From: a virus
Taxonomy: Duplodnaviria > Heunggongvirae > Uroviricota > Caudoviricetes
IMG/VR virus record: IMGVR_UViG_3300047476_001238
Span: 79,712 to 137,196 of that record
Reading direction: 5' to 3' (one strand)
Length of the DNA stretch: 57,485 bases
Below the pieces are notes generated by a model. That model did not search any database and was not told the origin of the DNA. It was given only the letters and a program-made list of their open reading frames with translations. This document shows, piece after piece, positions 27,325-35,747 of the stretch (its first letter is position 1; the number at the start of each line of letters is the position of its first letter). The position numbers were made by a program, and so were the translations under genes.

Positions 27325-27946
27325 CTTGAGCGTATAGTTCTTCAACTGTACCGTTATTATCAAGCTCGTAGTTGAACGTTTGTCCTATCCAGGCCCATTC
27401 GCTGTGATGTACGTTAGGATACCGCTGGGGCATCAATTGCTCTGCATCTTCCAGTAGCCATTGCTCATCTTCGTGGGTGGTATTTTCTGTTAAAGCACAA
27501 TCGTACCACTCAGGCAATTCGCCACGTTTTACCCATACACAAATGCCACCAGCTTTACGTATAGCTGTTAACTCGTTAGGGAATCTGACGTCACTGATCA
27601 CGATGTTTTCAGTAGTTTTACGCAGTCGGTTTTCTAGACTAGCAATCCAGATGTCGTTATGAAAGCCTCGACGGCACACTTCAGTTCCCCAAAGTTGCAG
27701 CATGTATCGGGGAGTGAGTCGGGGCATATCCAATCTTTTAGACCACCACGGATCCACTTGTTCGCGCCATTCACGGGCTTCAGGAGTGAGTCCTTCTAGT
27801 AGTTCTCTGTCCCACCCAAATACCTTTGCTACTGCATCTTTGAGTGTGCCAGCAAAGCTGTCTCTAACAAACCCGTGTTTGGCTACCAAGTAGTTGGCCG
27901 CAGTATCTTTACCTGAACCAATGAATCCTGTAATTCCTATGATCAT
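27281..27946 (-). CDS. 1: Deoxynucleoside monophosphate kinase, T4 gp1-like
   Basis: P-loop GITGFIGSGKDT, FAGTLKD, LQLWGTE, ISDVRFPNE, HHSE. Confidence 0.92.
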   Translation of the reverse strand: MIIGITGFIGSGKDTAANYLVAKHGFVRDSFAGTLKDAVAKVFGWDRELLEGLTPEAREWREQVDPWWSKRLDMPRLTPRYMLQLWGTEVCRRGFHNDIWIASLENRLRKTTENIVISDVRFPNELTAIRKAGGICVWVKRGELPEWYDCALTENTTHEDEQWLLEDAEQLMPQRYPNVHHSEWAWIGQTFNYELDNNGTVEELYAQVNNLLLTDSRARSS

Positions 27947-27949
27947 AAA

Positions 27950-27997
27950 AAATGCCCCTTATAGGAGCATTTTAGTTTATTTGTTGTCAAAAGTCAA
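27950..27997 (-). promoter_or_regulatory. Sigma70 promoter for gene 1 overlapping an SD-sequestering, terminator-like hairpin
   Basis: TTGACT 27997-27992, N17, TAAAAT 27974-27969; hairpin AAAAUGCUCCU-AUA-AGGGGCAUUUU then UUAUG. Confidence 0.7.
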
Positions 27998-28368
27998 ACA
28001 CCATATTTGTTCTTTTTCTTAGATGCTACGGGGCTTGCTCGGTTAACTGTTGGGCCTTCTTGACTGCGTAGATCACCTTTATTGATATCTTCTACGTTGG
28101 CATCAACTGCTTTATACGCTAAATTTAACATGTCTTGTTCAAGTTGAGTGTAAGGTGCTGCCAGTTTCCATTTACCTACCCACGACTCGTCGTCTACATC
28201 GGGCATGGTTTTGCCATCTGTGCTAGCTACTGCTAGTCCTAAACGATAAAGAGTATAATCGCCATTCCATTTTTTAGCATCAGAAAATTTGTTCATGCCG
28301 CGTTGGGCCAGTCGCTGCCTATCCTTTAATACCCCGGCTTGTTCTAGCACTATTTCTTTAATTTTCAT
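27994..28368 (-). CDS. Hypothetical late protein (start refined to 28368)
   Basis: MKIKEIVLE N-terminus; TAATG coupling to gp13. Confidence 0.6.
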   Translation of the reverse strand: MKIKEIVLEQAGVLKDRQRLAQRGMNKFSDAKKWNGDYTLYRLGLAVASTDGKTMPDVDDESWVGKWKLAAPYTQLEQDMLNLAYKAVDANVEDINKGDLRSQEGPTVNRASPVASKKKNKYGV

Positions 28369-29288
28369 TATCCAATTACCCAAGTTAACGGCATACTGCC
28401 ATCTACATAATCTTTTAATTGTTGCTCAAGAGCATCCATCTCTGTTTGTGCTTCTGCTTTCAAGCTGGCACCGTTTAACTGTGTACCGCCTTGAGGGCCA
28501 GCAATACTTGCAAACTTTTCTCTTGCTTCGCCTAAAATACGTTTGGCAAAGCTGTAAGCATACTCTTGGATCCACGGAAATGCTTGGAAGTCGTTTAGTA
28601 GCATCGAGTCTGGCTTGTAGTTGTACAAGTGCAGTAATACATCTTCCATTTGTTCTTCTTGTTGATTCGCACCGGCATAGGGAATTTTACGTATCAACGT
28701 TAGTTTTTTTGATGTCTTATTAAAATAAAAATTTAAATAACCGCCAAACATTTTCATTGACATTTTTTGATAATCAACAAAAAGTTCGTAGCTCAGTAGC
28801 CCGCCAACACGACCTGCTACCAACATGTATGTATTCAAATAGCCCGAGCTGAATGGCTCAAATTGGCTTGCTGTTGTACCGGTCACGCTGCCAATACCGC
28901 GGCGGTATGCTGCCCTAACTTCCATCACTTCGTTGGGCAGTATATATTCTTGTGTTTCTGGTTTGAGCTTTAAGAAAGCGTAGGATTCTTCTTGACTGTT
29001 TGAAGCTCGTTGACGGTATTTGATTAGAGCTTGTTTGATAGCCAGCTCGTAGTGTTCTTTGTCTAACTCAACATCAACAATCCCGTCTGCTAGACGCAAG
29101 CGGATATAATCAGTGATTTCAGTGCGCTTGTTGTTTACAGTGTCTAGCTCTGGTGCTGTAATTGAACCCAAATTTTCATTGGGATCGTAAGCAATATGCC
29201 CGGTACCTGTGCCAGTACCTGGATTGTAAAGACTGTCTGTGACCATTACGCCGTTAGCGTAAAAATTAGTTGTATCTGCTGTAGCCAT
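28368..29288 (-). CDS. 13: Neck protein gp13
   Basis: LRLADGIVDVEL, YILPNEVMEV, WIQEYAYSFAKRILGEAREKF, GGTQLNG. Confidence 0.85.
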   Translation of the reverse strand: MATADTTNFYANGVMVTDSLYNPGTGTGTGHIAYDPNENLGSITAPELDTVNNKRTEITDYIRLRLADGIVDVELDKEHYELAIKQALIKYRQRASNSQEESYAFLKLKPETQEYILPNEVMEVRAAYRRGIGSVTGTTASQFEPFSSGYLNTYMLVAGRVGGLLSYELFVDYQKMSMKMFGGYLNFYFNKTSKKLTLIRKIPYAGANQQEEQMEDVLLHLYNYKPDSMLLNDFQAFPWIQEYAYSFAKRILGEAREKFASIAGPQGGTQLNGASLKAEAQTEMDALEQQLKDYVDGSMPLTWVIG

Positions 29289-29291
29289 TTA

Positions 29292-29322
29292 GGTGTCCTA
29301 GTAATGTATTTACCAGGACACC
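29292..29322 (-). promoter_or_regulatory. 13-bp hairpin covering the gp13 SD, with a late TAAATA box at its apex
   Basis: GGUGUCCUGGUAA-AUACA-UUACUAGGACACC; TAAATA 29312-29307; AGGA SD 29299-29296. Confidence 0.8.
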
Positions 29323-29328
29323 CAGGAC

Positions 29329-30516
29329 TTAGTTGATTCGAAGTAGGATCATATCTGCATTGATACGCCCGTTCCCGATAGTTTCTGTTGCTTTGATTTC
29401 GTCTAGGAACTTGCGTAGCTGTACCTTGCTAGCCTTAGCAAACTCCTTGAGCTTTTCTTCGGGCTTACGCAAAGTCTTGCCCACGCTCTTTGTTTCATCA
29501 AACCCAGTCAAACTGGTACCTTTAACGCCCAATGGACCATGTAAACTGTCGGCAATGTACTTGTACAGTTTACGAGTTTTGGTATTGTAAGCCCACAGCT
29601 CTTGTGCGCCAATAATGTCCACAGGATTGATTGACACCAACTTCAGCGTCTTTTCTTCCCGCATGTACTTGAGTTTGGCCACGAGCTTTTCTTTACTTGG
29701 GCTCTTTTTAACACGAGCCTTTTTAGTTGCTTTTTTGACATTACGATACTGGTCAAGCGCATCCAAAATACTTTGGATAAAGGCGTGGTGTCGCTTGAAG
29801 TCTGCTGCTTTGTAATGTTTATATGCTTCAATCACTTGTTCGTCAAGCTTACCCAACGCTTCGCCTAGCTCTGTTTTACGGCGCATAAACAAGTCTTCGA
29901 ACTTTTTAATCTGACTTTGTGGCACTGTATTAGACACCAAGTAGTCGTATGCTTTGGGATCCACTGTGCCGCCCAAAACGACTTCGTCATACAAGCCTTC
30001 GAAGTGTGCTAGATGCTCGCTGGTCTTCTCGTTCAAGCGGTCTTGAATTGTTGGTACCTTGATTGCTGGTGCTGGCTCTGGAGATTTTGCACCAGTTGCA
30101 GTATCTGCCGGTTCAGAATCTGCCGAGTTAATTGCATTGTGTATTTGTTGTTTGAAATAATTTAATTCTTTTTCGCGGAACGGCATGCCCTGCTTGTGCG
30201 ACATAAGAAGACCGTATGCTGTCATTGGCATCGCACGGTCAGGACTGCGAATGAAGGCACTAACATCTGCCTTGCTGTATTTTTGTTCTTGCATCCAACT
30301 TACTGCATGCTTTTTGAGATCTTTTTGGGTATAAAAATAATTGTAATAGAAAAAACTTTTACGCAGGAAGTGGTCGAATTCTGCTTGCGTCATTTTTAGA
30401 GCACGTTCAGTATCCCATACAGGTTCGCCGCCTGTGTACTTTTCATCAGAGAACAACGGGTCGCGAGTTTTTTTGGGTGCTTTTTTGGGTGCTTTAACGC
30501 TTTGTGCTGTAGCCAT
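29329..30516 (-). CDS. Hypothetical protein, probably early (start refined to 30516)
   Basis: AAGGAG SD before MATAQ; downstream of a consensus sigma70 promoter; no family recognised. Confidence 0.65.
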   Translation of the reverse strand: MATAQSVKAPKKAPKKTRDPLFSDEKYTGGEPVWDTERALKMTQAEFDHFLRKSFFYYNYFYTQKDLKKHAVSWMQEQKYSKADVSAFIRSPDRAMPMTAYGLLMSHKQGMPFREKELNYFKQQIHNAINSADSEPADTATGAKSPEPAPAIKVPTIQDRLNEKTSEHLAHFEGLYDEVVLGGTVDPKAYDYLVSNTVPQSQIKKFEDLFMRRKTELGEALGKLDEQVIEAYKHYKAADFKRHHAFIQSILDALDQYRNVKKATKKARVKKSPSKEKLVAKLKYMREEKTLKLVSINPVDIIGAQELWAYNTKTRKLYKYIADSLHGPLGVKGTSLTGFDETKSVGKTLRKPEEKLKEFAKASKVQLRKFLDEIKATETIGNGRINADMILLRIN

Positions 30517-30553
30517 TTGGATAGCTCCTTGTACTGTGCAAAATGCTATTATA

Positions 30554-30835
30554 CTATTCTTGGGGTTTTTCGTCAAGTAATGTTGCAAACATGAGCCAAG
30601 ATTGCAATTCTTGCAACTCTTGTTGCACTTTTAGCAACTGTTCGTCATACTTAGTACTACGCCCAAAACGGCGCCTATCAACGTCCAACTTGCTGAGTTT
30701 TGTAATACTTTGTAATAAGTTTTTATACATTCGTTCAAGCTGCCGCTTGTGCTGCAAATTATACAATGCCCACATTGAACGCTTGATTTGCGCTTCAATT
30801 TGTTGCCAGTCGTGCAGGGATTGAAATTCGCTCAT
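30554..30835 (-). CDS. 93-aa coiled-coil hypothetical protein, probably early
   Basis: ATG lies 7 nt after the TATAAT box. Confidence 0.65.
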   Translation of the reverse strand: MSEFQSLHDWQQIEAQIKRSMWALYNLQHKRQLERMYKNLLQSITKLSKLDVDRRRFGRSTKYDEQLLKVQQELQELQSWLMFATLLDEKPQE

Positions 30836-30842
30836 ATTGCAT

Positions 30843-30871
30843 ATTATATGCTATACCCTAATTTATGTCAA
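30843..30871 (-). promoter_or_regulatory. Perfect consensus sigma70 promoter
   Basis: TTGACA 30871-30866, N17, TATAAT 30848-30843. Confidence 0.9.
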
Positions 30872-30910
30872 TTTGGGTCGCCGCTAAATATAAAATAATA
30901 GGATACAATT

Positions 30911-32296
30911 GTGCCAAGATTATCACTTTGGAAAGACGGACGTCACAGCAACGACTACAAATTTTTTGATCGCAGAATAAGCGAAATGTTTACCGTTGGC
31001 GGTACTGGAATTTTGGTACACAAATATCTGGGCACAAACGAACAAAATACAGTAAAAACCACAACTGTATCTCAGGCCAACGTTGGTCCAACATTGACAT
31101 TTAGTACCACCGGTGATGTACTGTTAGGCAATTATGTGGTAGGTACTGGTATTGCCGCCAATACTACTGTAATAGCCAAGACAGCAAACACCGTCACCCT
31201 AAGTTCTAATACCACTGCTGCGCTATCAAGCAATTCTACAGTAAAATTTTACGAGAGTGCCAGCAGGCCAAGTTATATCAATCAGAGCGCACAAAACATA
31301 CAAGACTTGTTTTTCTTGGAAAACAGGGACAGAAAATATGATCCAGATGTGTATGTCATGCGAGGTGTTTATCAAACGCAAGACGTCACATTTGACCTAA
31401 GTCAATTTGGTATGTTTTTACAAACTGGCACACTGTTCATGGTGTTCCACATCAACGACATGATAGCAACGATAGGCCGTAAACTCATGCCCGGAGATGT
31501 AATTGAACTCATGCATCTTAAAGATTATAACCCATTGGATGACAGTCTTCCTGTGGCACTAAAAAGATTTTATGTCATAAGTGATTGCAATAATGCATCA
31601 GAAGGATTCAGTCCCACTTGGTGGCCACACCTGTGGCGTTGCAAGATCAATCCGCTAACTGACAGCCAAGAATACAAAGACATACTCAATCAAATCAAGA
31701 TTGATGCACCCGAAGGCGACCCAACAGCTGGCAATATTACACTGGGTTCTGTTTCTAGCATTATCAGCAAATACCAAACTATTAACAACGCTATCCTTGA
31801 AGAAGCTGAATCTAATGTTCCTTACAGCGGATACGATACCAGTCACTTGTACATCAAGTCAAAAACTGTTTTTGAAGAGCCCGGAGATCCAATTGGCATT
31901 ACCACCGATAGCGGAGCTGTCACTGGTGATACGGTGGTCATTGGTGCCGATGCTGGTATATTGTCACCCGATGATGTTGTTCGAGGATATTTAACCGGAG
32001 ATGGTGGACCGCCAAATGGACTACCTATAACTTCTGGAGTATCATTTCCAACATCACCCAAGACCGGTGACTACGCTTTACGCACAGATTACTTGCCCAA
32101 TAGATTGTTTAGATGGGACGGACGCCGTTGGGTCAAGATTGAAGACAATGTTAGAACCACGCTTACCCTGGGAGCAGATAATAAAACTCAGCGTAGCAGT
32201 TTTGTTAACAACACTGATACCTATGTAAACAATTCTGGCAACGTGACAGTACGTCAAAGTTTAAGCCAAGCACTAAGACCCAAGGCAGATAATTAA
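30911..32296 (+). CDS. 14: Neck/head-closure protein gp14-like, with a beta-rich insertion
   Basis: IQDLFFLENRDRKYD, PGDVIEL, WWPHLWR; GTG start, AGGA SD, TAAATA 30885-30890; precedes gp15. Confidence 0.75.
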   Translation: MPRLSLWKDGRHSNDYKFFDRRISEMFTVGGTGILVHKYLGTNEQNTVKTTTVSQANVGPTLTFSTTGDVLLGNYVVGTGIAANTTVIAKTANTVTLSSNTTAALSSNSTVKFYESASRPSYINQSAQNIQDLFFLENRDRKYDPDVYVMRGVYQTQDVTFDLSQFGMFLQTGTLFMVFHINDMIATIGRKLMPGDVIELMHLKDYNPLDDSLPVALKRFYVISDCNNASEGFSPTWWPHLWRCKINPLTDSQEYKDILNQIKIDAPEGDPTAGNITLGSVSSIISKYQTINNAILEEAESNVPYSGYDTSHLYIKSKTVFEEPGDPIGITTDSGAVTGDTVVIGADAGILSPDDVVRGYLTGDGGPPNGLPITSGVSFPTSPKTGDYALRTDYLPNRLFRWDGRRWVKIEDNVRTTLTLGADNKTQRSSFVNNTDTYVNNSGNVTVRQSLSQALRPKADN

Positions 32297-33651
32297 TGAG
32301 TCAACAATTTTTTTATGATGGTCAAATAAGACGATTCCTAGTACAATTTATGCGAATTGTCAGCGGAATTGATGTAGAGTTTGGCAAAAACAGTCAAGGA
32401 GTTCGCTCTTTACAGCGTGTACCTGTATACTACGGTGATCAGAGTCGACAAGCCGCAGTTATACTCAAAGGCAATAGCGAAAACACTTTAAACGCTGTAC
32501 CAGCAATGGCTGCATACATTGATGGATTAAATTACGATCAGTCAAGAATGCAAGAACCAAATTTTGTTAGCAAGATGCATTTGCGCGAGCGCGAGTTTGA
32601 CCCTGATACTGGAATGTACAATTCAAATCAAGGTGATAGTTATACTATCGAACGCTTGATGCCGGTACCATATAAACTATCTGTCAAGCTGGACATCTGG
32701 ACCAGTAATACCGAACAAAAAATGCAGATCATTGAACAGTTGGCAGTGTTGTTCAATCCCAGTCTGGAAATTCAAAGCACAGACAATTATATAGATTGGG
32801 CCAGTTTAACTTATGTACAATTGACAGAGGTACTGTGGAGTTCTCGAACTGTGCCAACTAGCACCGAAGAGCCTATTGATGTTGCTACGCTAACATTTGA
32901 AATGCCTATCTGGATCAGTGCACCAGCCAAAGTCAAACGTCTGGGCGTTATACAAAAATTTATTGCAAATATATACGACGAGCAGGGCGGATTCAGCGAG
33001 GAAACAGTTCTTTCCAATTTGGTAGGACGATCAAGAATTACTCCATTGAATTATGGTATATTTTATTCCGGCAATCAATTGAGATTGCTCAAACCACAAG
33101 AAGTAGTAGACGACGAATCAAATATTACAAAAGTAGGAGCCCCAGACACCTGGCGAGCGTTTATTGACATATACGGAAGCTTGGTCACGGGTCAAAGCGA
33201 AATCAGAATTGAATTACCTACCGGTAATGAATTAATTGGTTCTATCACTTATCATCCATCGGATCCTAACATATTGTTGTTTACTCCTATCGAAGATACT
33301 ATGCCCATTAACACAATAGATGCAGTGGATGCAATTATAAATCCGCTCAATATTGATGTTGATAATGCGCTGCTTACTCCTGCTGCGGGCACAAGATATC
33401 TACTAACAGATGATATTGGTGCAGACGAAAATCAATACTATAGTGCCTGGGGATCAGTAGTGGCCTATCAAAATGATATCATCGAATTTAATGGCACTCA
33501 ATGGATCAAAGTTTTTGATAGCACAGTCAGCAACGAGATAGAATATATTACCAATACAAATACAAATGTCCAATATAGATGGACTGGTGCCGAATGGGTC
33601 AAGAGTGTAGAAGGTGTTTATCGAGGTGGTGAGTGGAGTCTAATCATATAG
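32296..33651 (+). CDS. 15: Tail sheath stabiliser/terminator gp15-like with C-terminal extension
   Basis: FFYDGQIRRFLVQF, VPVYYG, PVPYKL, QLAVLFNP, TLTFEMPIWI. Confidence 0.85.
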   Translation: MSQQFFYDGQIRRFLVQFMRIVSGIDVEFGKNSQGVRSLQRVPVYYGDQSRQAAVILKGNSENTLNAVPAMAAYIDGLNYDQSRMQEPNFVSKMHLREREFDPDTGMYNSNQGDSYTIERLMPVPYKLSVKLDIWTSNTEQKMQIIEQLAVLFNPSLEIQSTDNYIDWASLTYVQLTEVLWSSRTVPTSTEEPIDVATLTFEMPIWISAPAKVKRLGVIQKFIANIYDEQGGFSEETVLSNLVGRSRITPLNYGIFYSGNQLRLLKPQEVVDDESNITKVGAPDTWRAFIDIYGSLVTGQSEIRIELPTGNELIGSITYHPSDPNILLFTPIEDTMPINTIDAVDAIINPLNIDVDNALLTPAAGTRYLLTDDIGADENQYYSAWGSVVAYQNDIIEFNGTQWIKVFDSTVSNEIEYITNTNTNVQYRWTGAEWVKSVEGVYRGGEWSLII

Positions 33652-34079
33652 GTTGTGGTGCTTTAGTTTATAGCAAATCAACTCAAAGATATCTTTTTTT
33701 ACTAAGAAATCAAAAACGTCATGCAGGTTCGTGGGGACTAGTTGGCGGCGGAGTTGAGCTTGGCGAAACCGCAATCGAAGCCTTGCACAGAGAGATTCAA
33801 GAGGAAATTGGATCAATTCAGATTGGTAAAGTGATCCCGCTTGAAAAGTTTACCAGCGATACTAACAATTTTGAATACCACACTTATCTTATTGTGGTTA
33901 ACGAAGAATTTATTCCTAGATTAAACAACGAACATCGTGGGTATGCGTGGACTGAATTAGACGATCATCCCAAACCCCTGCATCCAGGAGTATGGCGTAC
34001 TTTTAATTTTAAATCAATAATAGACAAAATTAAAACTGTGGAAAAAGTTATAGCCCAACCTCAGATGCAAACTGTCTAA
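33633..34079 (+). CDS. NUDIX hydrolase
   Basis: Complete Nudix box GGVELGETAIEALHREIQEEIG. Confidence 0.92.
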   Translation: MESNHIGCGALVYSKSTQRYLFLLRNQKRHAGSWGLVGGGVELGETAIEALHREIQEEIGSIQIGKVIPLEKFTSDTNNFEYHTYLIVVNEEFIPRLNNEHRGYAWTELDDHPKPLHPGVWRTFNFKSIIDKIKTVEKVIAQPQMQTV

Positions 34080-34803
34080 AATCAATTTGTCTATAGTTTA
34101 AACAGTATTTCCAAAGCTCAGGAGTTCTGAAACTGGCAGTAGGTGCCACTCTAACAAATTCTGTTTCGTTATAGGCAGACATCACTTCTTTTAAACTCAA
34201 TACCCAGTAATCTTCTGTAATTGGAGAATTTTCCGACGGGTATCCTGTCGTTCCATTATATACATTATAATTGTAGTTAGGAGTATCATTGCCATCAAAT
34301 CCAAGCATGTACACTTTTTTATGTCCATCAAATGCAGCAAGATACGCAGCAATTGCTCCGCTGTTGAATTGAGGGTTTTGTGGTATCAGATGAAATTTAC
34401 CTGGAAAGTTTACCAACGGGCTATTGTTTGCATACACCACTCTACTATCGCAGTATCCGCTATTGGCTATTTCTGTTAGCAGTGTGTCTCCAGTGGCAAT
34501 CAAGAAGTCTGGTCTATAATCTCTAAATAATGCATTACAACCGTAAGTTAAAAAATTAACTTTGTTTTCTTTTGCTCTCCAGGTATTAGGTGGAACGCGA
34601 TACTCTAAAAATCTTGAGCAGTCAAATTCTAATCTAGTAGGCCCATTTCCTAAAACTACTGCGTTTGTGCTGGTAGGTTCGACGTTAAAGCTATTTGATA
34701 CGAATTCTACTGTGGGATTCCATTTTGAGTTTCGATAAACTCTATTTGTAATAACGTCCTCGCCGCGATAATCTTTACGATATAATTTTTTTATTGTTTG
34801 CAT
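34048..34803 (-). CDS. DUF115/MptE/Maf-like (GT-related Rossmann) protein
   Basis: VLGNGPT, YGCNAL, PDFLIATGD, NSGAIA, VYMLGFD. Confidence 0.6.
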   Translation of the reverse strand: MQTIKKLYRKDYRGEDVITNRVYRNSKWNPTVEFVSNSFNVEPTSTNAVVLGNGPTRLEFDCSRFLEYRVPPNTWRAKENKVNFLTYGCNALFRDYRPDFLIATGDTLLTEIANSGYCDSRVVYANNSPLVNFPGKFHLIPQNPQFNSGAIAAYLAAFDGHKKVYMLGFDGNDTPNYNYNVYNGTTGYPSENSPITEDYWVLSLKEVMSAYNETEFVRVAPTASFRTPELWKYCLNYRQIDFRQFASEVGL

Positions 34804-34807
34804 AATC

Positions 34808-35122
34808 TTATTCCGGTTTAGGATACTTATCTTTTACTGCTTGAATTTCTGCTCGCCATGCGTCGTATCCTCCATGATACAAGGTGTCAAATTGATCAGC
34901 AAAACTGGGGTATTCTTCCCTACGCAATCGCTGATACTCTAGAGCATCGTATTCGGCTTGTAGTCTAGCTATTTCTGCTTCAACTTCTTCCTGTGTTGGG
35001 CACGGTATCGTTTCGTCTTTCCATTCAATACCCGCATAACCGTCGCCGCGATGCACCCACTGTGCTGCGGGATACAAGCTAACTAGTGCTGCCGGTACAT
35101 CAAAAATTCTTCTTGTTGCCAT
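34808..35122 (-). CDS. Tail fibre assembly chaperone-like (XkdW-like)
   Basis: IEWKD...PT.EEV...YQRLRREEYP...QFD...AVKDKYPK; closes the fibre operon. Confidence 0.7.
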   Translation of the reverse strand: MATRRIFDVPAALVSLYPAAQWVHRGDGYAGIEWKDETIPCPTQEEVEAEIARLQAEYDALEYQRLRREEYPSFADQFDTLYHGGYDAWRAEIQAVKDKYPKPE

Positions 35123-35134
35123 TTTTATAACCTC

Positions 35135-35728
35135 TCATGCTATTGCCATTATTGTTAACACCGGGATACCTAGTTGCACACTGCCGCCACCATCCCAGTA
35201 TGTGGTTCCGTGTACATTCATTGGGTTTCCTGATCCATACCGTCTAAATTGCATTTTTAGTGTTTTAGCAGACGACCATGTTGCTTGTCTACCTGTATTG
35301 GCATCTGCATTTCCTCCTATAGCAATAGTCCATTCAAAAGCAAATCGACCTTCAGGATAAAATCCTGATCTACTGTGTCTTGCATAAACTACTTCTGCTG
35401 CATCAATGAAAAATTTATGATGGCTAATACAATGGGTTCCTGACGGCCAATACCAGTTATAATCAAAGATATATTTAACTCTAGTGGTGCCAGCAGGAGG
35501 TGTGTATGCAATACTTGACCCAGTGATGTCAGCATAAGCATCGGTCCCAGTTTGTACTCCAGTGACATTTTGAAATGTGTACGTACCGGATCCCACAGTG
35601 ACAGAAGATCCGTCGCATGGACTGCTTAAATATTCAATTATTTGTCCCGGCTGACGAGGATAGCCGTTGACTAACACAGCGGTACCAGCTGAGTTTTTAA
35701 TATCGTCTACCCTTATTGATGATGCCAT
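35135..35728 (-). CDS. Fibre-tip/adhesin-like paralogue A2
   Basis: Shares NGYPRxPGxIIEYLS..CDGSSVTVGSGTY with A1. Confidence 0.65.
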   Translation of the reverse strand: MASSIRVDDIKNSAGTAVLVNGYPRQPGQIIEYLSSPCDGSSVTVGSGTYTFQNVTGVQTGTDAYADITGSSIAYTPPAGTTRVKYIFDYNWYWPSGTHCISHHKFFIDAAEVVYARHSRSGFYPEGRFAFEWTIAIGGNADANTGRQATWSSAKTLKMQFRRYGSGNPMNVHGTTYWDGGGSVQLGIPVLTIMAIA

Positions 35729-35747
35729 TTTGATTCCTTTATTCTAT

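Noticed and set aside
27985-27990. Second TTGACA upstream of gene 1 as the -35 box
   Set aside because: No -10 box at 16-18 nt; the adjacent TTGACT gives a proper 17-nt spacing to TAAAAT.
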